In this document: piece by piece, positions 29,185-46,254 of the stretch
How positions within the stretch are numbered: the first letter of the stretch is position 1
Layout of the letters: each line of letters begins with the position of its first letter
Assembly (NCBI RefSeq): GCF_009914755.1
Contig: NC_060932.1
Direction: 5' to 3' (one strand)
Source: the human T2T-CHM13v2.0 reference genome, Homo sapiens
DNA: 64,000 nucleotides
Position numbers and translations under genes: made by a program
Notes under the pieces: generated by a model
Seen by the model: only the letters and a program-made list of their open reading frames with translations
Databases searched by the model: none
Told to the model about the DNA's origin: nothing

Positions 29185-29765
29185 CTTTTTGATGTAAGAG
29201 GTCAGAACCCAATTCCAGCTGGCTTATGCAGAAAGTACATTGGCTTCTGGAATCTAAGGAGAGATTGGAGGACACTCAGGCATTTCCCTTATCCTCAAGG
29301 GAAAAGGTGGAGCTAAAGTGGGGCACACACATTGCCAACCCAAGAGACTTTTGATGCTTGTTATTTCCACTGATCTCTATACCCATCCTGAGAAACAATT
29401 GTTTAAATGACTAGAATATTGGATCTTAAGACTACAACTGAGAGAGAAAAAGAGAAAGAGAGAGAAAGAGGTATATCCTGATGATTTTTATGTTTCAAAG
29501 ATACTGGTAAAGCATGTGGCCCACTTTAAGTCTTGTGCCTGTCTGTAGACCAATCGATTGTGATACTAGGGGTTGGGACACTAAGATTATTCTATCCTTT
29601 ATGGGTTGTCAACTCTTGATGAAACAACTGTGTTTAGGGTGGCAGTTTCATGCAAGAATATGATAGAAAGGTGGCCGGGTGTGTGTGGCAGTATCATGGA
29701 GAGAGGAAGATAAATCATGAAAATAATAGTGAGGATGCTGGACAGATGATCATATAAATGTCTAC
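29185..29765. mobile_element. Old MLT1-type LTR relic
   Basis: gtaagaggtcagaacccaattccagctggctta terminus resembles old MLT1 elements. Confidence 0.4.
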
Positions 29766-30584
29766 CTCACTTTTTTCATTGATAATATAACAATATTTCA
29801 CCTTTCCTTTTCAGTTTGAACTTAATTTCCTAGTACTTTTTTCCCATATTACTTCAGATAAATGTATGTTAGGTTAAAAGTGTTTTTTCAGACAACTTAA
29901 GATTTTAGTAAAAAGATATTTTTAAGGAATAAGAAGTTTCTTTGGCTGGTAAAGAGTAATTAATATTACATTTATTAAAATGATGACCATGTAACTTTCA
30001 AGTTATCTTATCCCATTCTACAAGTCTGCTCTCTTAGCTGTGTTGGTTTCAGTTTTTGGAATGGCTTGATGAATAAAAGAGAATGTGAAATAAATGCTTT
30101 ATTTCCCATTACTAAAAAGAAGAATTTCTGTATGACTTTCTTATTATTACATCCTTGAATTCCAGAGAAAAAAATGGCAACTTATTATAGAATCTTTTAC
30201 AATTTGAAATTTAATTTTTGTGTTTATGTAGGACACATTTACAAAGCATACTGATAATATCAGGTAAATTTAGACATGTCAGCATTGCCTTTATCTGGTA
30301 AAATGCTCACATTTCCCATCAACTTTACTCAGACACTGATTTCTAACATGTATTAAGACTAAACATGCATAAACAATCATGTCAATTTGGGGGTTAATTT
30401 TAAGTTGCATAATATATTCAAGAATCTCATAGAAAGAAGCAATAGGTCAGTTGAGAACTGGAATAGCCTAACTTTCCAGGAAAAATGTATGTTTTCCTTT
30501 GGTGGATGAATATTCATCAACAATTGGCCACTTCTTCTTTCTTTCTCTGTTTCATTAAAAAAAAAAAACAATTAAAAAAATAGA

Positions 30585-31765
30585 CTTAAAGGGTACGAGC
30601 ACAGCTCTGTTACATGGATATATTGCATATTATAGTCTTGGCTTTTAGTGTAGCCAGTACCCAAACAGTGCACAGTATACCCAACAGGTAATTTTCCAAC
30701 CCTCACCTGCTTTGCCACCCTCCCACCTTTTGGAGTCTCCAGTGTCTGTTATTCCACTCTGTATGTCCATGTGTACCCATTGTTTAGCTCCCACTTATAA
30801 GTGAGTACATGCTGTACTTGAATTTGCTTCTGAGTTATTTCACTTAGGATAATGGCCTCCAGTTCCATCTATGTTGCTGGAAAAGACATGATTTCATTCT
30901 TCGTTATGACTGAGTGTCTGTCTGTGTGTGTGTGTTTGTGTGTGTGTATAGTTCCAATCATCCATTGACGGACACTTAGGTTGATTCTATGACTTTGCTG
31001 TTGTGAATAGTGCTGTAATAAACATGCAAATGCAGATGTCTTTTTATATAATGTTTTATTTTCCTTTGGGTAAATAACCAGTAGTAAGATTGCCAGTTTG
31101 AATGGCAGTTCTATTTTTAGCTATTTGAGACATGTCCGTACTATTTTTCATAAAGTTTGTACTAATTTACATTTCTACTAACAATGCATAAGCATTTCCT
31201 TTTCTATGCATCTTGCAAATGTCTGTCTTTAGACTTTTTGGTAATAGCCATTTTGACTAGTGTGATATGATATCTCATTGTGATTGTAATTTGCATTTCC
31301 CTAATGATTAGTGATGTTGAGCACTTTATCATATGTTGGCCAGTTTACATCTGCTTTTGAGAAATGTCTGTTCATGATTTTGTCTACATTTTGATGGGGT
31401 TATTTGTTGCTTTTTTTTTTTTCTTGTTGAGTTGTTTGAGTTCCTTGTAGATTCTGGATATTAGTACTTTGTCAAGTGCATAGTTGCTAATATTTTCTCC
31501 CATTCTGCAGGTTGTCTGTTTACTCTTGTTGATTATTTCTTTTGCTGTTCAGAAGCTTTTAAGTCCCATTTGTTTATTTTAGTTTTTGTTGCATTTGCTT
31601 TTGAGGTTTTAGTCATAAATTCTTTGCTTAGGCCAATGACCAGTAGAGTTTTTCCTAAGTTTTCTTCCAGGACTTTTATATTTTCAGTTCTTACATTTAA
31701 GTTTTTAACCCATCTTGGCTAAATTTTTGTATGGTGAGAGATACGGGTCCACCTTTATTCTTCTT
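30585..31765 (-). mobile_element. 5'-truncated L1 (L1PB4/L1MA1-like)
   Basis: gttacatggatatattgc...ggcttttagtgta; tagctcccacttataagtgag; reverse ORF2 C-terminus. Confidence 0.78.
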
Positions 31766-32565
31766 TTACTAGATATGATTTAGATATCATATTCATGCCA
31801 GTGAGGTGAGGTGTAAATTAGGGGCTCCAAATGTCAAATGGCACCAAAGGTAATAAGTCAATATAATAGATATAACTCTTGCTAGTGAAAGATTATAGTC
31901 TCAAGCCATAGAATGGTGGTAAATTCTCATCCAGAAGACAAGTAATTTTTCAATATTTAGGAAGCTAGTTTCTTGGAAATCGCTGTTCCTGATTTTGCAA
32001 TATTACCAGGTGTAACTATAGAAAACCTTTAGACAGATATTGTGATAAAGGAAATATTAGACTTTTCAATGCAATGTTTCCCAGATTTATTTTTTCTCAT
32101 TTTCTCCAATTAATTTAATTGTTCTTTGCCTAACATCTCAGTTTAATAATAAAATTCATTCAAGGCTATGAGTTTTCCTCTAAATGAATCTTTGATGGAA
32201 TTCCCTAAATTTGATACATAGTTCTCATTATTATTGGCTTCTAAGTATTCTGTAATTACAATTCAGATACTTTTCCTCAAAAGTTAAGATTCTTACCTGT
32301 TTGTATTTTGTTTTCCCCCCAGATGATTGGATCTATTGAATCCTAGATTGTGAATTCTTTCTCAGACTTTCTGTGAACTCTGATTTTTCCAGGTTGTAGG
32401 TTGTTCTCTTTCTTGAGAATTTTAGTGAGGAGTTTCGAGAAGTTCTAATAAGATTGGGATAAAGAAATTCTACTTAGCAGAGGCTATTCTGAACTGTAAA
32501 TTCTTATAGACTGGCAAAAGTAATAATGCAGGGAGGATAAAGAACATTAAATCAAATGCTCAAAT

Positions 32566-32950
32566 TTCTTTCTTTTTTCAACCACTATTTTAGATTCAGG
32601 GGGTACATGTGTAGGTTTGTTACCTGGGTATTTTGCATGATGCTGAGGTTTGGGGTATGATTGATCCTGTCACCCAGGTACTAAGCACAATACCCAACTG
32701 CTAGTTCTTCAACCCTTGCCCCCCTTCCTTCCTCCCCACTCTAGTAGTCCCCAGTGTCTATTGTTGCCATCTTTATGTCCATTAATACCCAATGGGTAGC
32801 TTCCACTTGTGAGAATATATGGTATTTGATTTTATGTTCCTGTGTTAATTTGCTTGGAATAATGGTCTTCAACTGCATCCATGCTACTTCAAAGGACATG
32901 ATTTCGTTCTTTTTATGGCTGCATAGTATTCCTTGGTGTACATCTACCAC
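32566..32950 (-). mobile_element. Short L1PA15/16-like 3' end with TSD
   Basis: gggggtacatgtgtaggtttgttacctgggtattttgcatgatgctgaggtttgggg; TSD aaatgct(c/a)aaatt on both sides. Confidence 0.82.
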
Positions 32951-33143
32951 TAAATGCTAAAATTATGATATCTTCACCTGGTGTAACCACAGTTGCCACT
33001 AATCAATTTGTCATCTTAGCTTCCTAATCTGTAAAATAGGAAGAGTAGAGTTCATGATCTCAAAGTTTCACTTATGTTAAAATAAATTATCTGTTTACAT
33101 ATAGTGTATTATAAATTATAGGATCACATTTTTCAGACAAGGG

Positions 33144-33541
33144 TGACATGCTTTGGCTCTGTGTCCCCACGCAACTATTATGTTAAATTGTGTTTCCAAG
33201 TGTTGAAGGTGGGGGCTGGTAGGAGGTGATTAAATCATGGGGTGGTTTCTAATGGTTTAGCACCATTCCCCTAGTGCTGTCTCATGATTGAGTTCTCATG
33301 ATATCTAGTTGTTTAAAAGTGTGTAGCACCTCCCCCGGCTCTCTCTCTTCCTCCCGTTCCTGCCATGTAAGATATGCTGGCTTCCTCTTTGCCTTCCGCC
33401 ACGATTGTAAGTTTCCTGAGGCCTCCCCAGCCATGCCTCCTGTACAACCTGCAGAACTGTGAGTCAATTAAACCTCTTTTCTTTATAAATTACCCGGTGT
33501 CAGGTAGTTCTTTATAGCAGTGTGAGAATGGACTAATAAAA
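33144..33541 (+). mobile_element. MSTA-like MaLR solo LTR
   Basis: tga...tttggctctgtgtcccc start; gattgtaagtttcctgaggcctccccagccatg; tttatagcagtgtgagaatggactaat end. Confidence 0.88.
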
Positions 33542-34319
33542 TAGACAACACTGATAGCAAGGCAAAAATATGTAACTTATTTATTCCCAACTCATACTCA
33601 GCAAGACGACCTCAGGCAGCCAACTTACTGGCCAGGAAATCTTTCCACTTTTGAGATAAGATTTTTTAAACTTGTTAACTTATTTGTTTTTATGACACAG
33701 AGGAGAACAGCATGATTCTTTCAAAATCTTGACATACTGTTATATAAGCAGCCATCCATCCTGATGACCTCTAATAGACAACAGTGTGCGTGGTATCTCT
33801 GCTTATCTTGAGAAGGGAAGGGACTAGTTATTAGTGTAATGTTGCAGAAAAGATAGTTTTTTGTCACTTTAAACAGAAAGCATCAACAATGTGATTTTTA
33901 AAATTATTGAACATTTGAAGTTTTGTACAGTTTATGTTTAGGGGCAGAAATTCTTCTAAATAAATATATACTAAGAAATAATTTTAACATTTAAATAGAG
34001 TCAGGTAAATACTCATTTCCAATCTCACTTACAAAGTATATTTTACTTTGGGTTGGGTCAAGGCTTAGAACAAGTTTTCATCAAAGTGTTCTTGAAGTCT
34101 TCTAAAAAGTTGATGTCACTAGCTTTTCCTGTTATAATTATTACAGAGCAACTATCATTTCAAATCTGAAGTTGTTTTTTATTACAAATAACAACCTTCT
34201 AACAAATTCAGGTGTTTTTCAAGTTTTTTTTTCAAATGAGTTAGTTAATCCTTTCTCTATATTTTTCAGATTTCAGTCAAGTGTAAACTTTTCATTTTCC
34301 TGAGAATTATAAGATACAC

Positions 34320-37300
34320 ATTTTTTTAATTTTTAATTTTTGTGGGTACATAGAAGCTGTATGTATTTATGTAGTACAAGAGATATTTTGGTACAGGCAT
34401 ATAATGAGTAATAATCACATCATCGAAAATGCAGTATCCATCCCCTCAAGCATTTATTCTTTGCATTACAAACAATACAATGATACTCTTTTCGTTATTT
34501 CAAAATGTACAATTAAATTATTTTAACTATAGTAACCCCTTTGTGCTATCAAATGCTAGGTCTTCCTCATTCTTTATAACTATTTTTTTGGTACCCATTA
34601 ACCATCCCTACCTCTCTCCCACCCAACCACTACCTTTCCCAGTCTCTGGTAACCATCCTTCTACTCTGTATCTCCATGAGTTCAATTGTTTTGATTTCTA
34701 AATCCCACAAATAAATGAGAGTATACAATGTTTGTCTTTCTGAGCTTAGCTTATTTTCTTTAACGTAAAGACCTCCAGTACCATCCATTTTGTTGCAAAT
34801 GACAGGATCTCATTATTTTTTATGGCTGAATAGTACTCCATTGTATATAAGTACCATGTTTTCTTTATCCACTCATCTGCTGATGGACACTTAGTATGCT
34901 TCCAAATCTTGACTACTGTGAATAATGCTGCAACAAAAAGGGGAGTGCAGAAATCTCTTTGACATACTGATTTTCTTTCTTTTGGGTATATACCCAGTAG
35001 TGAGATTGCTGGATTATTTAGTTTTTTTGAGGAACCTCCAATATGTTCTCCATGGTGGTTGTACTAATTTACATTCTTACCAACAGCATACAAGGATTCC
35101 CTTTTCTCCGCATCCTTGCCAGCATTTTTTATGCCTTTCTTTTGAATGTAAGCCATTTTAACTAAGGTGAGATATCTCATTGTAGTTTTGATTTTCACTT
35201 CTCTAATGGTCTATGATCTTTAGCACTTGTTTATATACATGCTTGCCAGTCATATGTCTTCTTTTGAGAAATGTCTGTTCAAATCTTTTGCCCATTTTTT
35301 GATCAGATTGTTAAGATTTTTTCCCCTATACAACTGTCTGTGCTTCTTATATATTCTGGTTATTATCCCTTGTCAGATGGGTAGTTGCAAATATTTTCTC
35401 CCATTCTATGGCTTGTCTCTTCATTTAGGTGATTGCCACCTTTGCTGTGCCGAAGTTTTTAACTTGATGTGATCCCCTTTGTTCATTTTTGATTTGGTTG
35501 TCTGTGCTTATGGAGTATTACTCAAGAAATGTTTGGTGAGACCAATGTCCTGGAGAATTCCTTCAAAGTTTTCTTGTAGTAGTTTCATAGCTTGAGGTCT
35601 TAGATTTAAGTCTTTTATCTATCTTGATTGAATTTTGTATATGGCAAGAGATAGAAGTCTAATCTCATTTTTCTGTATATGAGTATCTAATTTTCCCAGC
35701 ATCATTTGAAGAGACTGTCTTTTCCCCAGTGTTGCCACTTGGCACATTTGTCAAAAATGAGTTCACTATAGGTGTGTGTATTTGTTTCTGCATGTTCTAT
35801 TTTGTTCCATTGGTTTATGTGTCTGTTTTTTATACCAGTACCATGCTGTTTTGGTTACTACAACTCTGTAGTATAATTCGAAGTCAGGTATTGTGATTAC
35901 CCCAGGGTTTTTTTTTTTTTTTTACTCAGGATACCTTCCTGGGTATTTTGTGGTTGTATATAATTTTTTTTTTCTATTTCTGAGAAGAATGTCATTGGTA
36001 TTTTGATAGGGATGCAATTGAATCTGTAGATTGCTTTGAGCAATAAAGATTCTTTCTATCCATTAACATGTAATATCTTTCTATTTTTTGGTGGTCTCTT
36101 CAGTTGCTTTCATCAGTATTTTATAGTTTTCATTAGTGTTTTATAGTTTTCATTGTAACTGTCTTCTACTTCTTTGATTAACTTAATTCCAGGTATGTAA
36201 TTTCATTTGTGGCTATTGCAAATGGGGCATTATTTTATTTCTTTTACAGATTGTTCAATGTTGGCAAATAGAAATGTAACTGATTTTCACAGGTTGATTT
36301 TGCATCCTGCAACTTTACTGAATTTATTAGTTTTAATAGTTTTTCTATGGGGTCTTCAAGTTTCTCCAAATATAAGATCATATCATCTGCAACCAGGATA
36401 CTTTGACTTCTTCCATTTGAATGTGGATGCCCTTTATTTCTTTCTCTCGTCTACTTGCTCTTGTTAGAACTTCCAGTACTATGTTGAATAACCATGGTAA
36501 AAGTGGGCATCCTTATCATGTTTCAGATCCTAGAGAAAAGGATTTCAGATTTTCCCCATTCAGTATACTAGCTGAGGGTCTGTCATACATGCCTTTTATT
36601 ATGCTAAGGAATGTTTCTTCTATTCCCAGTTTTTTCAGGGCTTTTATTTTGGAAAAATGTTGAACTTTATCAAATGCTTTTTCAGCAGCAAATGAAATGA
36701 TCATATAGATTTTGTCCTTCATTAGGCTGATATGATGTATCACATTGATTGATGGATTGATGTAGCACCATCCTTGCAACACTGGGGTAAATCTCACTTG
36801 TTCGTGATGATTAATGTTTTTAATGTATTGTTGAATTTTGTTTGTCAGTATTTTGTTGAGAATTTTTGTATCAATATTCATTAGAGATATTGACCTGTAC
36901 TTTTCTATTTTAGATGTGTCTTTATCTGGTCTTGGTATCAGGGTAATATCGGTCTTGTAGAATGAATTTGGAAGTATTCCGGTTTCCTCTGTTTTGGGGA
37001 ATAGTTTGAGTATCATTGGCATTAGTTCTTTAAATGTTTGGGAGAATTCAGCAGTGAAGCTGTCATTTCCCAGGATTTTCTGTATTGAAAGATTTTTTTA
37101 TTACAGCTTTGATCTCATTACTTGTTATTGGTCTGTTCAGGTTTTGGATTTCTTTATGGTTCAATCTTGATAGGTTGTATGTGTCTAGGAATGTACGCAT
37201 TTATTCTAGTTTTTCCAGTTTATTGGCATATAGTTACTCACAGTAGCAACTAAGGATCTTTTGAGTTGGAACTAAGTAAGGAGCTATGGATCTTTCTGCC

Positions 37301-40300
37301 GTGTCAGTTGTACTGTCTCCTTTTTTATCTCTGATTTTATTTTGTTGGGTCTTCTCTTTTTTTTTCTTAGTCTGGCTAAAAGCTTATCAATTTTGTTTAT
37401 CTTTTCAAAAAACTAAATTTTTGTTTTATTGATCTTTTGTGTTGTTTTCTTCATTTCAAATTCATTTATTTTTGCCCTGATCTTTATTATTTTTCGTTTA
37501 CTAATTTTATTAGTAAATTAATAATTTTGTCTTGCTTTTCTAGTTCTTTAAGATGCATCATTAGGTTGTTTGGAGTTTTTCATCTTTTTTGATGTAGGTG
37601 CTTATAGCTGTAAATATCCCTCTTTGTACTGCTTCTGCTGTATCCCATAGGTTTTGGTATATTGTGTTTCCATTATCATTTGTTTCAAGAAAATTTTCAA
37701 TTTCCTTTTTAATTTCTTCATTGACCTATTGGTCTTTCAGGAGCATATTGTTTCCCTTCCATGTGTTTGTATACTTTCCAAAATTCCTCGTTTTTATTTT
37801 TATTTTTATTCCATTGTGGTGAGAGAAAGAGCATATTATTTCAATTTCTTTGAATGTTTTAAGACTTGTTTTTTTTGGCCTGACATATGGTCTATCCTTG
37901 AGAATGATCCATGTACTGAGGAGAAGAATGTGTATTGTGCAGTCATTGGATGAAATGTTCTGTAAATATCTATCAGGTCCATCTGTTCTACAGTGCTGAT
38001 AAAGTCTAATGTTTCTTTGTTGATTTTTGGCCTGGAAAGCTCTGTCTAATGCTGAAAGTGGGGCGTTGAAATCTGCAGCTATTATTGTATTGATTTCTAT
38101 CTTTTTCTTTACCTGTAATATTTACTTTATCTATCTGGGTGCTCCAGTGTTGGGTGCCTCTATATTTATAATCATTATATCCTGTTGCTGGATTGACCCT
38201 TTTATGATGGTAGAATGACTTTTTAAGTCTCTTCTTACAGTTTTTGTCTTATAATCTATTTTGTCTGATATCTAGCTACTCCTGCTCTTTATTTTAGATT
38301 CCACTGGCATGGAATATCTTTTTCCATCCCTTTATTTTCAGTCTATGTTTATCTTCATAGGTGAAGTGTGTTTCTTGTAGACAACAGGTCATTGCATCAT
38401 TTTTTAATCCATTCAGCTTTTCTCTATTTTCTGATTGGAGAGTTCAGTCCATTTATTGTCAATATGATTATTAATAAGTAGAGACTTACTCTTGCCATTT
38501 TGCTATTTGTTTTTTGGTTGTTTGTGCCCTTCTCTTCCTTTTTTCCTTTCTGTCTTCCTTTTAGTGAATGTGATTTTCTCTGTTGATATAATTTAATTTC
38601 TTGGTTTTCATTTTTTGTGTATCTTGTGTGTTTTTCAATTTGAAGGTACCATGAGGCTTGCAAATACTATCTGATAACCAATTATTTTAAGCTGACGTCA
38701 ACTTAACATTGATTGTATTAACAACCAAACACAGGATAAGACAGCTAATGAAAACTCTATACAGTAATGTTGTTTTTCTTTATAGATTACTGTACTGTCT
38801 ATGTCTTGAAAAATTGTTGTAGTTATCATATTTGATCAGTTCATTATTTAGTTTTTCTACTTAAAAATAAGTGTAGTAGACACACCACAATTACAGTCAT
38901 ATAATATTCTGTGTTTTTCTGGGTGCTTACTATTACCAGTGGGTTTTGTTCCTTTAGATGATTTCTTCTCTCTCATTAACATCTGTTTCTTTTAGATTGA
39001 ATAGCTCCTTTTAGGATTTCTTGTAGGAAAGGTCTGGTGTTGATAAAATTCCTCAGCTTTTTTTTGTCTGGGGAGATCTTTTTCTCCTTCATGCTTTAAG
39101 GATATTTTCACTGGATGTACTATCTAGGGTGAAAGTTTTTTCTTGCAGTACTTTACCTATATCATGCCACTCTCTCTAAGATTTCTACTGAAAAGTCTAC
39201 TGCTAGATGTACTGGAGCTCATTGTATGTTATGTGCTTATTTTCTCTTGCTACTGCTAGGATCCTTTCTTTATTCTTGACTTTTAGGAGTTTGGTTATTA
39301 GATGCCTTAATGTAGTCTTCTTTGGGTTAAATCTGCTTGGTGTTGTATAACCTTCTTGCACTTGAATGTTAGTATCTATCTTTCTCAACGTTTGGGGAAT
39401 TCTCTGACATCATTTCTTTGAATAAATTTTCTACCCCTGTCTCTTTCTCTACCTCTACTTTAAGGCCAATAACTCTTAGATTTACCCTTTTGAGGTGATT
39501 TTCTATATCTTGTAGATAGGCTTGATTGTTTTTTATTCTTTTTTCTTTGGTCTCCTCTGACTGTGCATTTTCAAATACCTGTCTTCAAGATCCCTATTTT
39601 TTTCTTCTGCTATTAAGAGACTCTGATATATTCTTCAGTATGCCAATTGCATTTTTCAACTCTAGAATTTCTATTTTATCCTTTCTGTTATTTCAATTTC
39701 TTTGTTAAATTTATCTGATAGAATTCTGAATTCCTTCTTGTGTTATCTTGAGTTTCTTTGAGTTTCCTTAAAATAGTTATGTTGAATTCTCTGAAAGGTC
39801 TCATATTGCTGTTTCTCCTGAATTGGTCCCTTATGCCTTATTTAGTTTGTTTGGCGATGTCATGTTTTCCTGAATAATCTTGATGCTAGTAAATATTTGT
39901 GAGTGTCTGGGCATTGAAGAATTAGAGGTTTATTGTAGTCATTGTGTCCATCCTTCTTGAGGAGGCATTGCAGGTATTTGAAGGGACTTTGGCCCCAAGC
40001 CCAACACCACCGTGATTTTTGCAGACTCATGGAGATACTTTCTTGGTGGTCTTGGATATGATCTGGAAGAATCTCTGGATTACCAGGCAGAATCTCTTGT
40101 TATTTTCCCTTACTTTCTCCCAAAGAAACGGAGTCTCTCTCTTTGTGCTGAGCCATCTGGAATTGCGGGTGTGGTGATGCAAGTACCCCTGTGGCCACAA
40201 CCACTGGGACTGTGCTGGGTCAGACCTAAAGCCAGCACAGCACTGAGTCTCACCCAAAGCCCACTGTAACCACCACCTGCCTCCGACCTATGTTCACTCA

Positions 40301-41871
40301 AGACCCTTGGGCTCTATGATCAACAGATGGTGAAGCTAGCCAGGTTTCTGCCCTTCACTTCAAGGCAGTGAGTTCCCTCAGGCCCCAGGAGAGTCAAGAG
40401 ATTCTTTCTGGGAGCCAGGGATTGGAGTCAAAAACATTAGCAATTTGCCTGCTGTTCTATTCTACTGCAGCTAAGCTGGCACTCAAACCACAACAAAAAA
40501 TTATTTCTGCTCTTCCCTCCCCTTTGCACATGCAGAGAAACCTCTCCCTGTGGCCACCACCACAACTGATCCATGAGGGGGTTGACCAGGCCACCATTGA
40601 TGTACATGTGAAGCCCATGGGCTCTTTTGTCAGCTTGTGGAGAGTGCTGCCAGGCCTGGGACTCGCCTTTCATCATAGTGGGCTCCCCTCTGGCCCTGGG
40701 CAGGTCCAGAAATGCTGTCCAAGAACCTAGGGCTGGTCTTGGGGACCCCAAGAGCCTCCTTCTTGCTCTGCCTTACTGTGGCCAAGCTGGTACCTAAGGT
40801 GCAAGGCAAAGACTCTTTACTTTTCCATGTGCTTTTCTCAAACAGAAGGAGTCTTTCACCACAGCCACCACAGTTAGAAATATGCTGAGTCACCCCTGAA
40901 TTCAACACATCTCACAGCTCAAGGCCCATGGCATATGACCTGGATATCACTACTGGTTGTTCAGAGCCCAAGTGCTTTTTAGTCAGCAGTTGATAAATGC
41001 TACCAGGACTGGGAATCCTTCCCTTTAAGGCATTGTGTTGCCTTTTGGCCAAAAGTGTGTGTAGAAATGTTGTCCATGAGCTAGGGCCTGGAGTAGGGGC
41101 CTCATGACTCTCCCAGTGCTGTAAACTATTGTGGCTGAACTGATATCCAAGATACAAAACCAAGTCCTCTTTACACTTCGCACTCCTCTTTTTAAGCAGA
41201 AGGACATAATTTTTTTCATTGTCCCAAGCTGTGCAGCCTGAGGTGGTGAGAGGAATGGTAATCCCTTGGCTCCTCTCTCCCTAGATCATGTGCCACTCTA
41301 GTCCTTTGTTTCTGAGCCCAGTCCAGCACTAGCTGTTGCCTAGGAATTGCAATCTTTGTGTCCTAGACTGCCTTTCAAGTTTACCTAGGACCCCAGAGCA
41401 TTTTGGCCCATGGTAACAAGGTTTGACAAGAAACTCAAATTCCCACCACAGGGATGGGCTATTTTCCTCTGGCTGGGGCTGGTCCACATGGAGCCCAGTG
41501 CTCCATGTGTGAGCACTGGCTGAGCCCAGCATGGCTTTTCTCTCTGCTATGACAGGGCAACATTGAGCTCAATGTAAAGTCCCCCAGTTGCTGTGCTCTC
41601 CCTCCCCAAAGTGCACAGATTCTCTCTCTCCTAGTGGCATAGCCTTTGCTGTGGGATTGGAGAGGGGTGACATCCATGATTCAAGACTGTCTCTGACCCT
41701 CTTCAATGCATCTTTCAGCAATATGAAAGAAAGGTATTATCTGTGGTTCCTCACCTGAAATTTGGTTCTTGTGACATGCGTTACTGTGTGTAGATGGTTG
41801 CAAAAATTCAGTGTTCCTGAGTGGGGGCACTAATGGTATAGTCTTTTATTCTGCCATCTTGCTCCACCCCC
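34320..41871 (-). mobile_element. Near full-length (~7.5 kb) dead L1MA2/3-like element
   Basis: 3'UTR tgtgggtacatag...ccatcccctcaagcattta; RT peptide at 36516-37022; ORF2 start ILTINGLNSPI at ~38430-38500; ORF1 peptide at 39203-39388; 5' end gccatcttgctccacccc. Confidence 0.88.
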
Positions 41872-42176
41872 TGTATTCATCTTTAAGTCAAGGAAAGTCA
41901 CAGAAAACACATTTCTAAAGATATTTTGGTAAAATTATGCAAATTTTGAAAGAAAAAAGAGGCAAACCACTGACCTTGTGTTTAATTAGAAAAATCAGAC
42001 AAGATTATAAGGTGAAAAATCTACATTAGTCGAGTTTAGGAGGTTCTGGGCCCAAAATCAAAATTTAAACTGGACTGTACATTGTTCGCCTAGAACAACA
42101 TTTTCAAAATTTTTGTGGTAGGAAAGAATCTCACAGTATTTGTCCAGCCTAGTGTGTACAGGTCACCATGAAGGCT

Positions 42177-42207
<31 letters not shown>

Positions 42208-42231
42208 ATATATATCATATACATATATATA
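42177..42231. repeat. (TA)n(TG)n microsatellite
   Basis: Direct reading. Confidence 0.85.
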
Positions 42232-42444
42232 AAACAACTGAATCTCCTGTATTCTTGACTGTAGCAACTGCCTCTATCTGAATAAGAACTAAAGAGAAGA
42301 AAAACAGATCACTCAGCATTTTTAAAATAAACCTTATGCATAATTAATGGCCCATGTCATACTCAAAAGGTATACACTCCTCAATTCATGTACAAAAGTC
42401 ATTAGCAGCCAGGTCAATAGAAAATTGACAAAACAAACAAGTAG

Positions 42445-44669
<2,225 letters not shown>

Positions 44670-44879
44670 AAATCTTTGTGTTTGAACATTGGAGGAAAGC
44701 ACCTAGCCCTTGGAAATCATAAATGGTAGATGGAACACCTAGAGATCACATTTTCATTAGTTCCCCTCTATGGTTTCACTATCCAACCCTAATATTTGAT
44801 ATATATTTTTTCATTTATTATGTTGTTTGCTTATTTGCTGTGGTTAGGCTATGATAATATGGAGCTCACCAAAGAGGTG

Positions 44880-45062
44880 AGTTATTAAGTATTGACTGTG
44901 TGCAGAGGATGGAACACTATTCCTACTGCAAGCCATCCTTATGATGCTGAAGCAAGGGACTGATCCTTTCCCCACTGTTATATGAGATAACAGAGCATCT
45001 GAGAAGTGAAGTGATTTGCCTAGGGTCAAAAGGCTATATCATGGTTAAAATGAAATCAAAAC
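44880..45062 (-). mobile_element. MIR
   Basis: gagaagtgaagtgatttgcctagggtca MIR core. Confidence 0.6.
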
Positions 45063-46254
45063 CTTTCTTTTTAAGAAAAAAAATTCTCTTAGAAATATAG
45101 ATTTTCCAATCTAAGTCCAAAAGTCCTAATCTAAAGTATTAGACAAGTAAGGACAAAGTGCAAGTCATTTTTTTAAGGCACAACTTAAAAGCCACCTCCT
45201 TCATATAACCAAGCCTGCTTAGTTTCTCTCCATCTATTGTACTTTGTAACTTTGGTGAAGGTGTTTAGCAGATTACTTTTGTGCCTAGATTTAATCTGTT
45301 ATATGTAACACATTAACACCTTCATTTAGTCATTCCCCAAAAGCTCAGAGCACAGGGGCCAGGTTATTGAAATGATATCAATAATTATTACAAATAGTAG
45401 AGTTCTCTTTGAATTCCAAGTAAGTTTATAGTTTTGTTGACAGTCAAAACAAAACAAGCAAGCAAACAAACAAACAAAAAAACCAGACCCCATGAAGAGT
45501 ATACTAATCTCTCATTTCTATTTCAGCTTCTGTAATAGGATCAATAATCTAAATTAATGGGAAGTGACGTGAAGCTTCATATTACATGTGTGAATCCACT
45601 TGCCTCTAAAAATACACTATTTTGGATCCAAACAGCATGCTCTATTCTTTGAGCAAGTAAATAATCAAGATGACTAATATAGTGCAAAAGATAAATTTGA
45701 CATCCTTCTCTTTAAACTTTTTGAGGAGTATTTTATTAATGTGAACTATAGTAGATTGAAAAAGCACTTGTAGTATGATTGCTCACTGGCAGACAAACCA
45801 AACTTTCATATGAGAGGTCAGGTAGAATAAGAGATTTCTATACACCCTTTCGGTGACTGAGCAATTGGAGTATGAGTTACTTAAAACTATTTTTCTGCAT
45901 TTTCATCTGTTTGTCACAAATATTTATGGAAATCTGACTACGTGAAGGAACCATTTTGAGAGAGAATACTATCTTGCAAATAAACATTCCACTGTGTGGG
46001 CCATCCTCAAATTTTGCATTGACTCTTCTTTCTCCCACTTTTAAAGGTACTGGGGCTCTAGCCATCAGTTTAGTTTTTTTTCTTGTTGTGTGTCTCCTTA
46101 GTAGAATCATTATTCTGTATTTTAACATGCTCAAAGTATTCCCATCTTCACACCCATGTACACACACACACAAGCACACATAGACACACATATGCAGGCA
46201 CACACATAAAATCTCCACTTTGATTCCAAAATCCTCTTCCAGTTCCTCTTGCTG

